Assembly: GCA_964035545.1 (NCBI GenBank)
Contig: OZ037765.1
Location: forward strand, 30,317,504 to 30,381,503
From: Bugula neritina
Taxonomy: Eukaryota; Animalia; Bryozoa
Direction of reading: 5' to 3'
Length of the DNA stretch: 64,000 nt
The notes beneath the pieces are model-generated. The model saw only the letters and a program-made list of their open reading frames with translations. It did not search any database and was not told the origin of the DNA. Below, in pieces: positions 41,158 through 52,400 of this stretch. Position 1 is the stretch's first letter, and every line of letters begins with the position of its first letter. A program made the position numbers and the translations under genes.

Positions 41158-44100
41158 CTAGCGAACTGAAATTGTAATCTAATCATATTACGTAAATATT
41201 ATATGCACTACTAAGCTACTTAGAGGCCATGAGGTAATACCTACCTTGTGAGGTATGACTGAGCAATAAGAGCGTTCCGTCTTTGCACATCAACTCCGTC
41301 TGGTACTGATGAGCCATTAGCCAGAAGTAGGTCATCGGCAGCGTTATCATTGTAGTTACCGCAAAGACCACGGACATAGGACTTATACGAAGATGGTAAT
41401 GTAAGTGTAACCGTGTTTGACGAGGTTATAGAAACCCTGATGACATCAGGAGACGATTGAATAGCTATTTCTCTACCTCTTGTACCAAAGTATACCATCA
41501 AGTTCCCGTTAGCTGTTGATATTGAGTCAATCACCGCATCCTCATCAACCTAGCAAGTTTATGCATTAAAATAACATTATAATATACAACTATAAAAACT
41601 AATTGATATTAACACATTAAAAATTGCTTTTATTACAATTAACTTCATTTCATAAATTTGAAGTTTATTCACTCAATATTCAAATAGACATGCTGCCTAA
41701 AACTTTCGATTGTTATCAATACAAAAGTACAAGTTTGCACCATCATCTGATCAAATTGATTTAATGCAAAAATGGCACAAGTATAATAATGACACAGGTA
41801 ATAATGACATAACAGGTAGTAATGGCACAAATAGAAAAGTAGGTAAAAATGGCACACTAATGGCAAATTTTCCCAACCTCAAACTCAAACCCCCATCCCC
41901 AAACCTAAACTCCCTATTCCAAGCCCCCAACCACCACTCCAAACTCTAATATTGAAAATATCTATTTTTACCTACTTTTCCATTTGTGCCATTATTACTG
42001 GACATCAATTAAATTAGACTTACCGAGGCAGTTTGATCTGCACAGATTTTTGCAGTGTAAGTGTTCTCATATACAGCCAAAACACACTTCACTTGTGATG
42101 CAGAATCCTCGTTAGAGTATTTATTTTCATTTGATATCACAATTTCAAATTTTGATTGTAATAGCCACGAGGGGCCATATGTGGATGCTATTACAAATGC
42201 CAAGTCAGAATTGAAGTCAATGATTTGCCGATCAAATGTGTATACGTGCTGTGTGCCAAAGACATAGCAGCTCTTGTCCTCACATCTAGCGCCTACAGAA
42301 GAGTTACCAATCTATTAATACCAGCTAGGCTGAGAGATATGTCAACTTAGACTGTGGCTCTTCTTATTTTAATAGCTTTAGTGTGGCTGTCACAGCAATC
42401 ACCCATGCCAGTTTAAAAACAAAAATGGGAACACCCTCTTTGGAAAATGCCTCTAGGAAATTTGATAATTCTGAAAAATGTTTTACTAGGAATTGTGCTA
42501 CCAAATCGGCAAAAACAAAAACTTGAAAGCAAATGTACTAAAGTTTGTTAAAATGCTGACATAGCTAACCTCTATTTAAATAGGTTTTGGGGCAACGAAT
42601 AACTGCATTATTATTCAATATCATGCGAATAATTGTCATTATGACATGCATGACATTATGTTAACACTCATTACAATATATATTGATTATTGAGATATAT
42701 TAATAATGACATCGTGATGAACCAAAGGTTTTGTTATTTATTTATTTTCAGACCAGCAAATAAATACAAAGAATACTATGTTGATTAAAGTTTCCAAGCT
42801 ACTGAGTCTATTGTAGTGAACTGTATAGATGAAAGTGGCGTTAGTTCCTTAGAATTAGATGAATGAACTTTATACGATTCAATTAACTCATGAATTTATA
42901 AAGGTATAGAGGCATAGAAATAACAGTACCACAGGTAGCCCAGGAATGTACAAGCCGGTAATATAATAGAAAATAAGTTGAAAAGACCAGAGAACAACAA
43001 TTGCAGAATAACTCAAAGTGTATTAAGTAGTAGTAGTAGTAGTAGTTAGTAGCACCTGTTACAGCAGCTGGAAGAGTGAATGTAAAACAAGCGATAAGCA
43101 GACCACATTTAGATAAGTGCATAATAAAATATTTGGCCCCAGTTTGAATCATTCTTTTAGCCTGCTCAAATATACTGTATATATATACTGTATAGGCTGT
43201 ATATATACTGTATAGGCTGTATATACACTGTATAGGCTGTATATATACTGTATATATACTGTATAGGCTGTATATATACTGTATATATACTGTATAGGCT
43301 GTATATATACTGTATATATACTGTATAGGCTGTATATATACTATATAGGCTGTATATATACTGTATAGGCTGTATATATACTGTATAGGCTGTATATATA
43401 CTGTATAGGCTGTATATATACTGTATAGGCTGTATATATACTGTATAAGCTGTATATATACTGCATAGGCTGTATGTATACAGTATAGGCTGTATGTATA
43501 CTGTATAGGCTGTATGTATACTGTATAGGCTGTATATATACTGTATAGGCTGTATATATACTGTATAGACTGTATATATACTGTATAGGCTGTATATATA
43601 CTGTATAGGCTGTATATATACTGTATAGGCTGTATATATACTGTATAGGCTGTATATATACTGTATAGGCTGTATATATACTATATAGGCTGTATATATA
43701 CTGTATAGGCTGTATATATACTGTATAGGCTGTATATATACTGTATATATACTGTATAGGCTGTATATATACTGTATAGGCTGTATATATACTGTATAGG
43801 CTGTATATATACTATATAGGCTGTATATATACTGTATAGGCTGTATATATACTGTATAGGCTGTATATATACTGTATATATACTGTATAGGCTGTATATA
43901 TACTGTATAGGCTGTATATACTTAGAAGGAAGTTGGAAATCAATGTACTAACATTCAAAGCCATCATAGTATTTGAAACTATAAATGACACAACAACTGT
44001 ATAATATTTAGAAAGAACATATTTTTATGTCTTTTATACCAATGCTTAATTTCTAACATCACAGAAGTGAAAACAGTAATGACTGAATATATATTAAGTC

Positions 44101-44594
44101 ATTACAAATATCCACGACTATTAAAATATGTAAAACAATTTAAAATTACCTGAGCTACACTTCGGATGTCATATCTAAACTTACCTATCTAGATTACTCC
44201 TGCTAAATTATATAGAATTTTTAAAAATAACATTCATGCTCTAAGGCTTAGGCAGAGATAATTCTAGACAAGGGTATGTAAATTTCAGACTTTCACCCGC
44301 ACCTTGTGCAATCATTTACACGAAACCTAAACCTATGCTGTAATTTTGTAAAATTTTCGAATATGAACCTGCTCAATAAAATAAAATGTTTAGAAAATAA
44401 TGAAGTAGTTGCCGGCATTTATACACTTAGATGAAACTGAACTTATAGGTATACCAAAAGCATTATAGCAAAAACTTTTCAAAAATGTGATGAGTTTAAA
44501 TTTTACGCAAAATATATTTCTTACCTGTGAGAAAAATACTGAGAGCCAAAAGTGATATGAATAATTTTTTCCGGACAGGGAATGTGTTATCCAT
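18533..44594 (-). CDS. Large type I transmembrane mucin-like protein (MUC4/SUSD2-type NIDO-AMOP-VWD core plus N-terminal VWD-C8-TIL, Ca-binding EGF array, SEA, TM), ~2343 aa
   Basis: 39 phase-consistent exons (7032 nt): 44525-44594 (signal peptide); 42024-42292, 41245-41549 (VWD1, GLCGNYN); 40583-40833, 39828-39959 (C8); 39132-39331 (TIL); 37451-37613; 36483-36641 (GCC2/GCC3 CPYGTYK); 35790-35926, 35294-35445, 34894-35098, 34038-34251 (NIDO: [23 protein letters not shown]); 33263-33525, 32110-32323 (AMOP: PCPC, KCCY); 31319-31564 (GDPH); 30880-31005, 30255-30461, 29198-29437, 28718-28952, 28332-28522; 27980-28165, 27292-27558, 26434-26484, 25420-25530, 25122-25259, 24722-24903, 24195-24390, 23776-23943, 22754-22923, 22294-22462, 21994-22115, 21583-21733, 20897-21091 (mostly EGF/cbEGF, DI(D/N)EC); 20046-20262, 19761-19939 (SEA); 19383-19553 (EGF); 19115-19229 (TM + RRKRGK); 18715-18896, 18533-18615 (tail, TGA). 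Confidence 0.9.
24977..25095. repeat. Imperfect (TG)n microsatellite
   Basis: Directly visible; source of the HT-repeat ORFs. Confidence 0.95.
29890..30254. repeat. 51-52-bp minisatellite, ~7 copies
   Basis: agacagta recurs at 29931, 29983, 30034, 30085, 30136, 30188 and 30239; the array starts exactly at the donor of exon 30255-30461. Confidence 0.93.
30612..30872. repeat. AT-rich ~10/20-bp degenerate satellite (tattactatatattattgta)
   Basis: Directly visible; abuts the donor at 30879. Confidence 0.9.
32689..33068. mobile_element. MITE with ~36-bp imperfect TIRs (PIF/Harbinger-like)
   Basis: Left aggcctggtcatacactcgtgagaatcacacgaaac vs reverse complement of right end aggcctggcctcacgctcgtggcaatcacacgaaac; flanks taa / tag; internal cacgaaa subrepeats; no ORF. 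Confidence 0.75.
35701..35790. repeat. 18-bp degenerate tandem repeat x5 whose terminal unit contains the true splice donor
   Basis: Units tttcatttagtacctaca / tttcattcaatacttacc / tttcatttagcatttaca / ttttgttaagtacttgca / gttcatttaatacttacg. Confidence 0.8.
38812..39020. repeat. AT-rich degenerate satellite (tatagtatatattatgtgg)
   Basis: Directly visible. Confidence 0.85.
41758..42006. mobile_element. Degraded non-autonomous DNA element with AATGGCACA subrepeats, inverted arms and a C-rich core
   Basis: taatggcacaaatagaaaagtaggtaaaaat (~41820-41850) is inverted at ~41965-41994; several aatg(g/a)cac repeats; central C-rich ccccaaacct-type tract. Superfamily not assignable. Confidence 0.5.
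43170..43921. repeat. 20-bp minisatellite (ctgtataggctgtatatata; 9+11 subunits), >35 copies
   Basis: Directly visible in intron 1 of the mucin-like gene. Confidence 0.97.
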
Positions 44595-46893
44595 GGCTGT
44601 GAGATTCAGATACTATTCTGCTGATTAGGTAATCCACAAGTGTACTCGGAGGAGTTAGCTAGAGTACAGGCTTCTGCAGTTACTGCATTCAGTATACACA
44701 CTGGTGTAATAACCTGAGAGACTGATTTGCCTTTCAACGAGAGGAGATTTGTTGGACACGCCTAAAATACTTGAGAAAATCCTTTCAATACACAGCGAGC
44801 CAATGCTGGATGAAGCCTATCCCAAACAGCTTAATAGTGCCTTCGTCACAGCAGTGCAGTGTCAACAACTTGATCAATTGACAATTATTGCATTCATATG
44901 CGCGACTTTAGAACCCGGTAAAAAAGAATGCAAGATAGGTACGAGTGGCCCGCAAAATCTAATAGTAAAATTAAAGAATTTCAGCCATTTCAATTTCGCC
45001 TTTACTGCTCCTATATAATTGCTTCTTAAATCAATAAATTAAACATATTTCACTGCACTTACAGCATAATTCCAGCTATTATAATGCAAACAGCAAAAAA
45101 ATTTATCATAATATCTACTAGTTTAAAAATTTTGCCTGGATTTGTGCAAATGCTAGAAACGTTTATAACTTCATAGGTGTACTTTTTAAACGCAACAACC
45201 AGCATGAACTTTGAAAGCAAATTAAAAATTACAATGTTGAAATTAAATGAACTATTTCCTTGATTGAGCTCCTAGCAGATTGTTAAACAACCTCTACAAG
45301 TATTTTATTAGCCAGGCGTGGCTGTGTAGAGATAAGGAATCCAGTGTTTTAGCTCCTCTGGGCAAATAATCACTGAAAAATTACACTGAGTGAAAAATGT
45401 TGACCCACAATGTATGTGATTTTAAATTTGGCAGTTTTGACTTACTGCAGTTTCCACTTTATGCAGCTGTTTGTTAAGCTTTTCTTTAAATAACAGATGG
45501 AAATATTTTTTCCAAAATCTGGGCGTGTCTATCTATTTTTAGTGCCTTTATAAAGATGGAGAAACAGAAGTTACTGCGAGATGAACATGAGAACTCATAG
45601 TTGGATGATGAAAAGAACGGTTGACAAACTTGTTAAGCAAGGACTGAGAAGTAGTAGTAATGGAACACCTAACAAGCACCTACAACTTGTTTCTAAATAT
45701 AATGATTACCACAATTTACATCAGGGAAAGTTCTAGAAATGTATGAATAGTTGATATAGGTAGATGAACTTGAGTATATTTTTTTCAACTTGATAATACT
45801 ATAACAGCAGTTTACATATTTAGTCTATAGAAATTATCAATACATTGAAAGGCATGCTTTCATTTTAAATCATTGGCATCTCTTATAATAATTAATTAAA
45901 TGATTAAAATACCTTTGCGGTCATTGAATTAAAAATAGCCCAACTAAAGTCATGCAGCAAATGTATTATAATTAAAGTATTTAATAAATATGATAACTCT
46001 AACAATTATACGTTGATTTATACACACGACTTTGCTCTTAATGTAAATGTTGCCTCCAATATCAATATTCTAAAATCAAAATTTAAGTACTTGTGAGGAA
46101 TTTGATAAGTGCTACACGTTTCAGAGTAAATCTACAAGTAGACTGAAGCACTTAAACTGACGAAAAAGTTCAGAGAGAGCAGAATTACACCATTACATTC
46201 CTCATGGTATAGCAACTTCTTCAGAACTGTTTTAAAAATTGATGGTAAGTTATAGTAGATTCTTGGAAATCGGCATTGAAAATTTCCAAATTCAAAAGTA
46301 CTGAAAGGCCTAGTAATTTTAACAAAATATATATGATAAAATTTATCAAAACTGTAACAAGTTGGGGGCATTTATTAAGAAAACAACCAAAAATTAGTCT
46401 AGCTACTGGACTAGGTATTCACAATCTAAATTTAAGAAGTACGAAATTAATTCTTTTTAGAAACTTGCAATAACGTTATTAATATTGATGCACATATTTA
46501 AAAAATGCAAACAAACAAATGTATAATAATTGAATAAAAATTTATTGACAAAAGATAAAAATGGCTGGAATGGAAAGGCTATGAAGAGATTCAGTAAAGC
46601 AACATTTCAGCTAAACAACACAGTGCTTGATGCTGTATGTTATTAGATAAATGATAAAATAGCCCTTCTTTCATACAATCAGAGGTTCACGCAATCAATA
46701 TTCACCAAAACCTACTTCAACAGGTTATATACTACAATAGTATAAACTAACTTTCTAAACGTAGTAAATGATATTATTTGATAGGTTATACCAGAGCATC
46801 AACATGACAAACTATAGTCATTGTATTTACTGTTTTTAAAACAAAAATCTAACTGAAACTATGAAGGACGGATTGATTGGTAAAGAGATTGTA

Positions 46894-46945
46894 GCTAAAT
46901 ATACCTGCTAAATATACCTGCTAAATATACCTGCTAAATATACCT
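46894..46945. repeat. 13-bp tandem repeat x4 overlapping the FUZ stop codon
   Basis: (gctaaatatacct)x4; the first minus-strand unit encodes R-Y-I-stop. Confidence 0.9.
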
Positions 46946-48713
46946 TTCTTTAATAAGACTTTGAAGGAGCTTCTTGGAGACAGAACTAAAATAAATAAAA
47001 TATAAAATATGGCAAAAAATATAAACATTTAGACAATATTACTAAAAAGATATTATATTGAAAAACTAATCTATAAAATTGGACTATGGATCCAACTTTC
47101 TCAGACTAGCATTCACTGTAGGATTACTGAATTCAGCTAGTAAGAAATTGCGCTCATTCGGACAGTTAAACCATCCCCACAGTAAACGTAGTAACATATT
47201 TTCAAGTGCTGAGTGATAAGAACGCATTGGTGCACTTGAAAGATGGAGATAGCAGTTTATTAGGTGATGCGCCGATTTGCACAGGGGAACATAACTCCAG
47301 TTCAATTACTTAAAATTAGTTGAAACCAGGCTTACTACCCCAGAAAGATTTCGAGTAACATCAAACTTATTTGATGCAAGCAAATGTGATATATAAAACA
47401 TTTTCTATGTTACCAAGAAAAAGTATATCTGCGCATTTAGTTGAAATTATTTTTCACCGGAACAAAATGAAACTGAAAACTTATGTTAAACTCTGAAATA
47501 GGGCTATAGAATTTGATACAAAAACTGTAATATCATAACGTTTGTCTAAGGACGTTTAAAAAACGAATACAAAACTTCAAAAATCAACTAACAACATAAG
47601 ATTAGGTGATAGCTGCCAGAGTGAATTTTGACACATTGGTCAGCGGTCGGTTTTGTAGCATTTTGTGGAATACATCCCGAAGCCAATACTCAAATTAAAC
47701 TGAAAAGCCAGCATCAGAATAGAAGATATTTGTCTCACCTCATCGCATAGGTTTGAATTTTAGCTGAGAACAGTATAAATACTTTATAAGGTGGCTGACT
47801 AATTGCGTAACATTTGTACAGACGAGCACTGCAATACACTTCTTGTACGGATGACCTTGACTCTCCACGGTCATCTACAATCGGCACAACTTATTAGGAT
47901 GTTATGAAATAAAATTTTAAAAAATCAACATTAGTTAAGTAAACACAGAGCCTAACCTGCAACGCAGGCTAGCACACATCTTTATGTTATATACATACAC
48001 CCTGAGCATATTTTATTACGTACAATTAAATTAAAAATAGAACGAAAAACTGGTAATATAAAACTTTAAATTTAGTTTAATTTCAGCTAATGTCCATAGG
48101 CACTGCAAGCACTGTCTACACACATTAGCTGATAGTATAAACAAGCAAACCTGGTAGTGTAGTTGAGTCATACATATTGAATGTAGGGTGCATCTCAATG
48201 ACATTCAGCATGAATCTTCTTAACAGTTTCCTTATAGAGCTTACGTCAGACGGTAGGGCTGCACGTACAAAGTACAGATACAGTTGAAGTACTTAATAAA
48301 CCATGTGTTGATGGAGCAACTTTTGCTTTCTAGTAAAAAGCTACTTGTGTAAAAACCGCAAAGCTGCAAAATTTTGATTTTAATAGCACAAAGGAACTTA
48401 GAAAGTAAAGCTATTGCTGGTAGAAATTAGAATTAACACAACCTATAATATTATATCTTCGGAACTGAATTTGCAACAAAATATAATATTTAAAAAGTTG
48501 TGACTAGGTTAAAAGTGAAAGAACCAGCTTTTACAAAAGATGAATTGTCTCGATGAAAGATATATAGCTAGTCAGCAATAAAGTAACAGGGTATATAATA
48601 ATAGTTGCTACCTAGCTGGTGGTTGTATTCATCTGCTTCAGATGTGTAACAGCTTAAACATTTCTTTGATGAGTTACTGAGCATAACAAACCTAGAAATA
48701 TATATACACACAC

Positions 48714-48766
<53 letters not shown>

Positions 48767-49367
48767 TCAATCCGAGTACAGCAGCTGTTTCAGGATTGTC
48801 CCCTCTTCAGCACAGAACAGAGTACCATAGGTACCATAAGCGTGTGTGTGTGTGCGTGTGTGTGTGTGTGTGTGTGCGTGTGTGTGTGTAGCTAATACAA
48901 CACATGGTAGTATACTATGTGAAGTGCTAGTTAGTCAACTAATATAATCCTAAAAAGTAGCATGCAATTGTTTTCTTTTGTATATACTATATACTACTAA
49001 CAGACAGTGTAGGTGATTCTATCTCAAGTCTCAACAAATTATATTCACTAAGATTTTAGTAAATAACTTATAGTATAATACTCATTTATTGCTCAAATTG
49101 TTACCCAAAGTAAACAATTGCGAATAATATAATATTTTCATCGTTAGTGAGAATAATAACATAGAAGTAAGTGCTCTACTTGTTGGATATTAGGGTATAT
49201 TTTGCAATCGTTTGGCTGTTGCAGTAAAATAATATCGGATTGCTCTACTCCACCCTGAACTCAAGTATTGGTGTTTTGTTCAGGGTGTTGCATGCACCCA
49301 CCAAGGTTCAAATATCACAAGTCATCATTACCTTGGGAAAGAAAAAGGTTCTATTAGATATTTATTT

Positions 49368-49403
<36 letters not shown>

Positions 49404-52400
49404 TATATATAATTAAAATACAGGTCATCAAACAGTGCTCAATGTTGTATAATTTATAGGTTAAAACAACTATTTATCTAAAATTTTCAAAATTTATCAA
49501 GAGAAAATTATCACGAGAGCAAAACCATATAACACCACTATGAACAGATGTAACTAATGCTTAATTTAAATAGATATCAAATTGAACCTTCCTTCAAAGG
49601 TAATGGTATCTTGTGATAACTGAAACATGTATACAACATTCTGAATAATACACCAGTGCACTGGTTCAGGGTGGAGTAGAAAAAGGCCTGTATCACTTTA
49701 CACATTTATTAGACAAAAAATACTTCTCAATAGTAAACTGATCCTCAGAAAAAAGGAAAAATTTATGCTTATCAAGATAATCCATATGAGCAACATCTAG
49801 AATCTAGACAATAAGAACACACCACACATATCTGTATGTTGGAATGTGCGGTGTCTCCATGTGATGTTATAGCTTTGCATCTCTTTTTCAGATTCAAAAT
49901 GCTTTTGCTTAAAATGCTGTAGAATGTTAATATCATTTATGGTGTTGAAGAGACCTCAGTGACAAAAAGGCCGGTATAAATGTTGCATGAGGGCCGCCTG
50001 AGGAATTTACAGTGGCTTAGTCCATAATATTCAAATATAAAAAAAGTATTATTTAAACGGCAGTTGAATTTGCCCTAGCAGTTGCACTTTACTGGGTATA
50101 TGCAAGCATATCTCAACTTGGAGGTATTTTTATTAAAAAGCCTTTCAAGAGAATAACGACTGCTGCAGAAAATGATAGGATATTATAGTAAGGGATTGCT
50201 GGTTGTTCGGTGCTTACTAACCGGTGGATTAAACTATGTAATTATCTGCTACTTGGCGTTTTGGTTCTTCATGTTTCAGAACAAAATTGCAACCACTGCT
50301 GTCCAGTGCTTTCTGGTACTTCATAGTTGAAGTAATTTTCAATTGATAAAAGCGTAGAAAGCTTTTGGAATATTTCTTATTGCGGGGCGGTGACTACTTT
50401 GATGTATGCATAAGTGACATTATGTACTTGTTGAATGGCCTATAGGTGTTATTCAGGAAGTGAACTGTGATATCAAAAAATTTTATGGTACTTTAATTTG
50501 CTTTTATTGAGGCCAGGAGGTTTAACATTTTGACATGTAATTTTTCATATAATATTTTGTAATTGTTTCAGTTAGCCATCATCACATCATCATCAAGGGT
50601 CATACAGGTCTGCAAGTATGCAGGAATTGATAGAGAATATAAGAGCCCACCAAACACCCCTGCACTGTCAAATGAGCCGGTTAGCACATCAAATAGCTTA
50701 TTTCTACATTTTTTACGGCTGGTTGCTATTGAATAGCACTAATTTGTTTGGTTCCGCAGGGGTGACTTTAGAGTGATTATTGGCACAATATAAAGCATCA
50801 AAAAGAAGCTACTGTGTAATGATTGGGTAAAAATTCACTTTATGAACTAGTACTTATTGTTGATGTTATACCAGCTTCAAACTCTGCGGGTGGTTCTCAA
50901 TCCGCTTATCGGTGCAGGATTTACGATTTTAGTGTTGATGCTGCCTGGAATTTGTTTGCTTATCCTTCCAATTGCATTATATGTTGATTTATTTTTGAAA
51001 AAGACATCAAATTTCTCTAAACTAGCACCTCAAGCCCAGTGAGCTTCTCATAGCTAAAGACTACAAGGAAATAGCAATTGTCTTACCATTCGACTTGGAT
51101 AACCCTAACTAGCGGCACGCATTTTTTCTAGCTAAAACAATATAGTAGGTGATTCTACTTTATTCCAATAAACTTTATAAGTGACTGAGACTTCACACAA
51201 TATGTTACATATTATATACACTATTATTGCATGCATATACATGCATATATACGTATACTTACAATATCAGTTCAACAATTCTTAAGAGCAACCTAATGTA
51301 TCTTATTTCTTTATTATTAACAAAGATTACTAGTGTAAAGCTCCAACCATGCTGAAAGTGAGAAATGACACCTTTCAAAACATGACAGGTGATTACAGAT
51401 GCCATACCATATTTCAAATATTTCGGCTTGTTTTAGAGAGTTAAATAACATTTCAAAGGCAAAAATTAGCATTCAGTTACAATGAATGGCAATCGATTGT
51501 TGTTGAGTGTTGATTGGCTGAGTTGTTCTACCCACTTGTAAAAATCACTTCACAAATTTTATTTATAAAGTTGGCTAAATAGTGTCGAATCTGAGTCGAT
51601 TACTCGTAAATCTATCTAAATTATGAAAATGAATATTTTGCTGATAAATTTAGCTAAATTATATTGACAAGTTTAACTAAAGGTTGCAAGTGAAAATTAA
51701 ATTGATTTAGCGTTCCTTCATCTAGTCTTATTAGTTTAACAACAACTAATACTATATAAACCCATACATGAAAAGTTTTTATAGGATTCAAAATGTTGGT
51801 TCATGCTGTGGCTACTGCTGCCGAAATTCATTTTCACGGAGCCAAGATGAAAGAGCAATTCTAGCACCATCAAAATCTCCCAATTAAACTCACAGTTTAC
51901 TTCATGAAGGTAAATGCAGAAAAATGAAAGATTATACAACATTCACCCACCCTAAAACATTGCTATCCACTAGGGTATCTTTGGGGAGATTGCGGTCTAC
52001 TGAGCCCTGCACTAGTTTGATAGCATCAAAGGAAGGTTGCCAGAAACGCTCCACCTGCAAGTCAATCAAAAGCATAGACAAAAGGCTACACAATGTATTA
52101 AGGTAAAATAGATTGTATATTTTGTGGTTGTAAATCTACATTGTTGTAATCTAATCGTGCCAATGAAAGTGTAACAAGAGAACAAAACATTTTGGTGAAA
52201 CCACTCCCAACATGCCTGGAGTTAACGGTCTCATAATTACAACAATTAGGTATTTCTTACTAATACCAATTGTATATTACAAACGCACATTAAAGAAAAA
52301 AGAAACCTGAAAGGAAATATAGGCGTTACCCTAAGTTCTACAGATTATTATGATATTGCAATATTTCTTGAGAAACATAATATGTATAGAGTGCAGCAAA

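Noticed and set aside
43953-44200. Short AG...GT-bounded segments in intron 1 of the mucin-like gene
   Set aside because: They introduce stops or break phase; exon 1 joins exon 2 directly to give a clean signal peptide (…IFLTGARC-ED).
47084-47305. 73-aa minus-strand ORF in the last FUZ intron
   Set aside because: No recognisable homology or fitting splice sites; non-ATG start.
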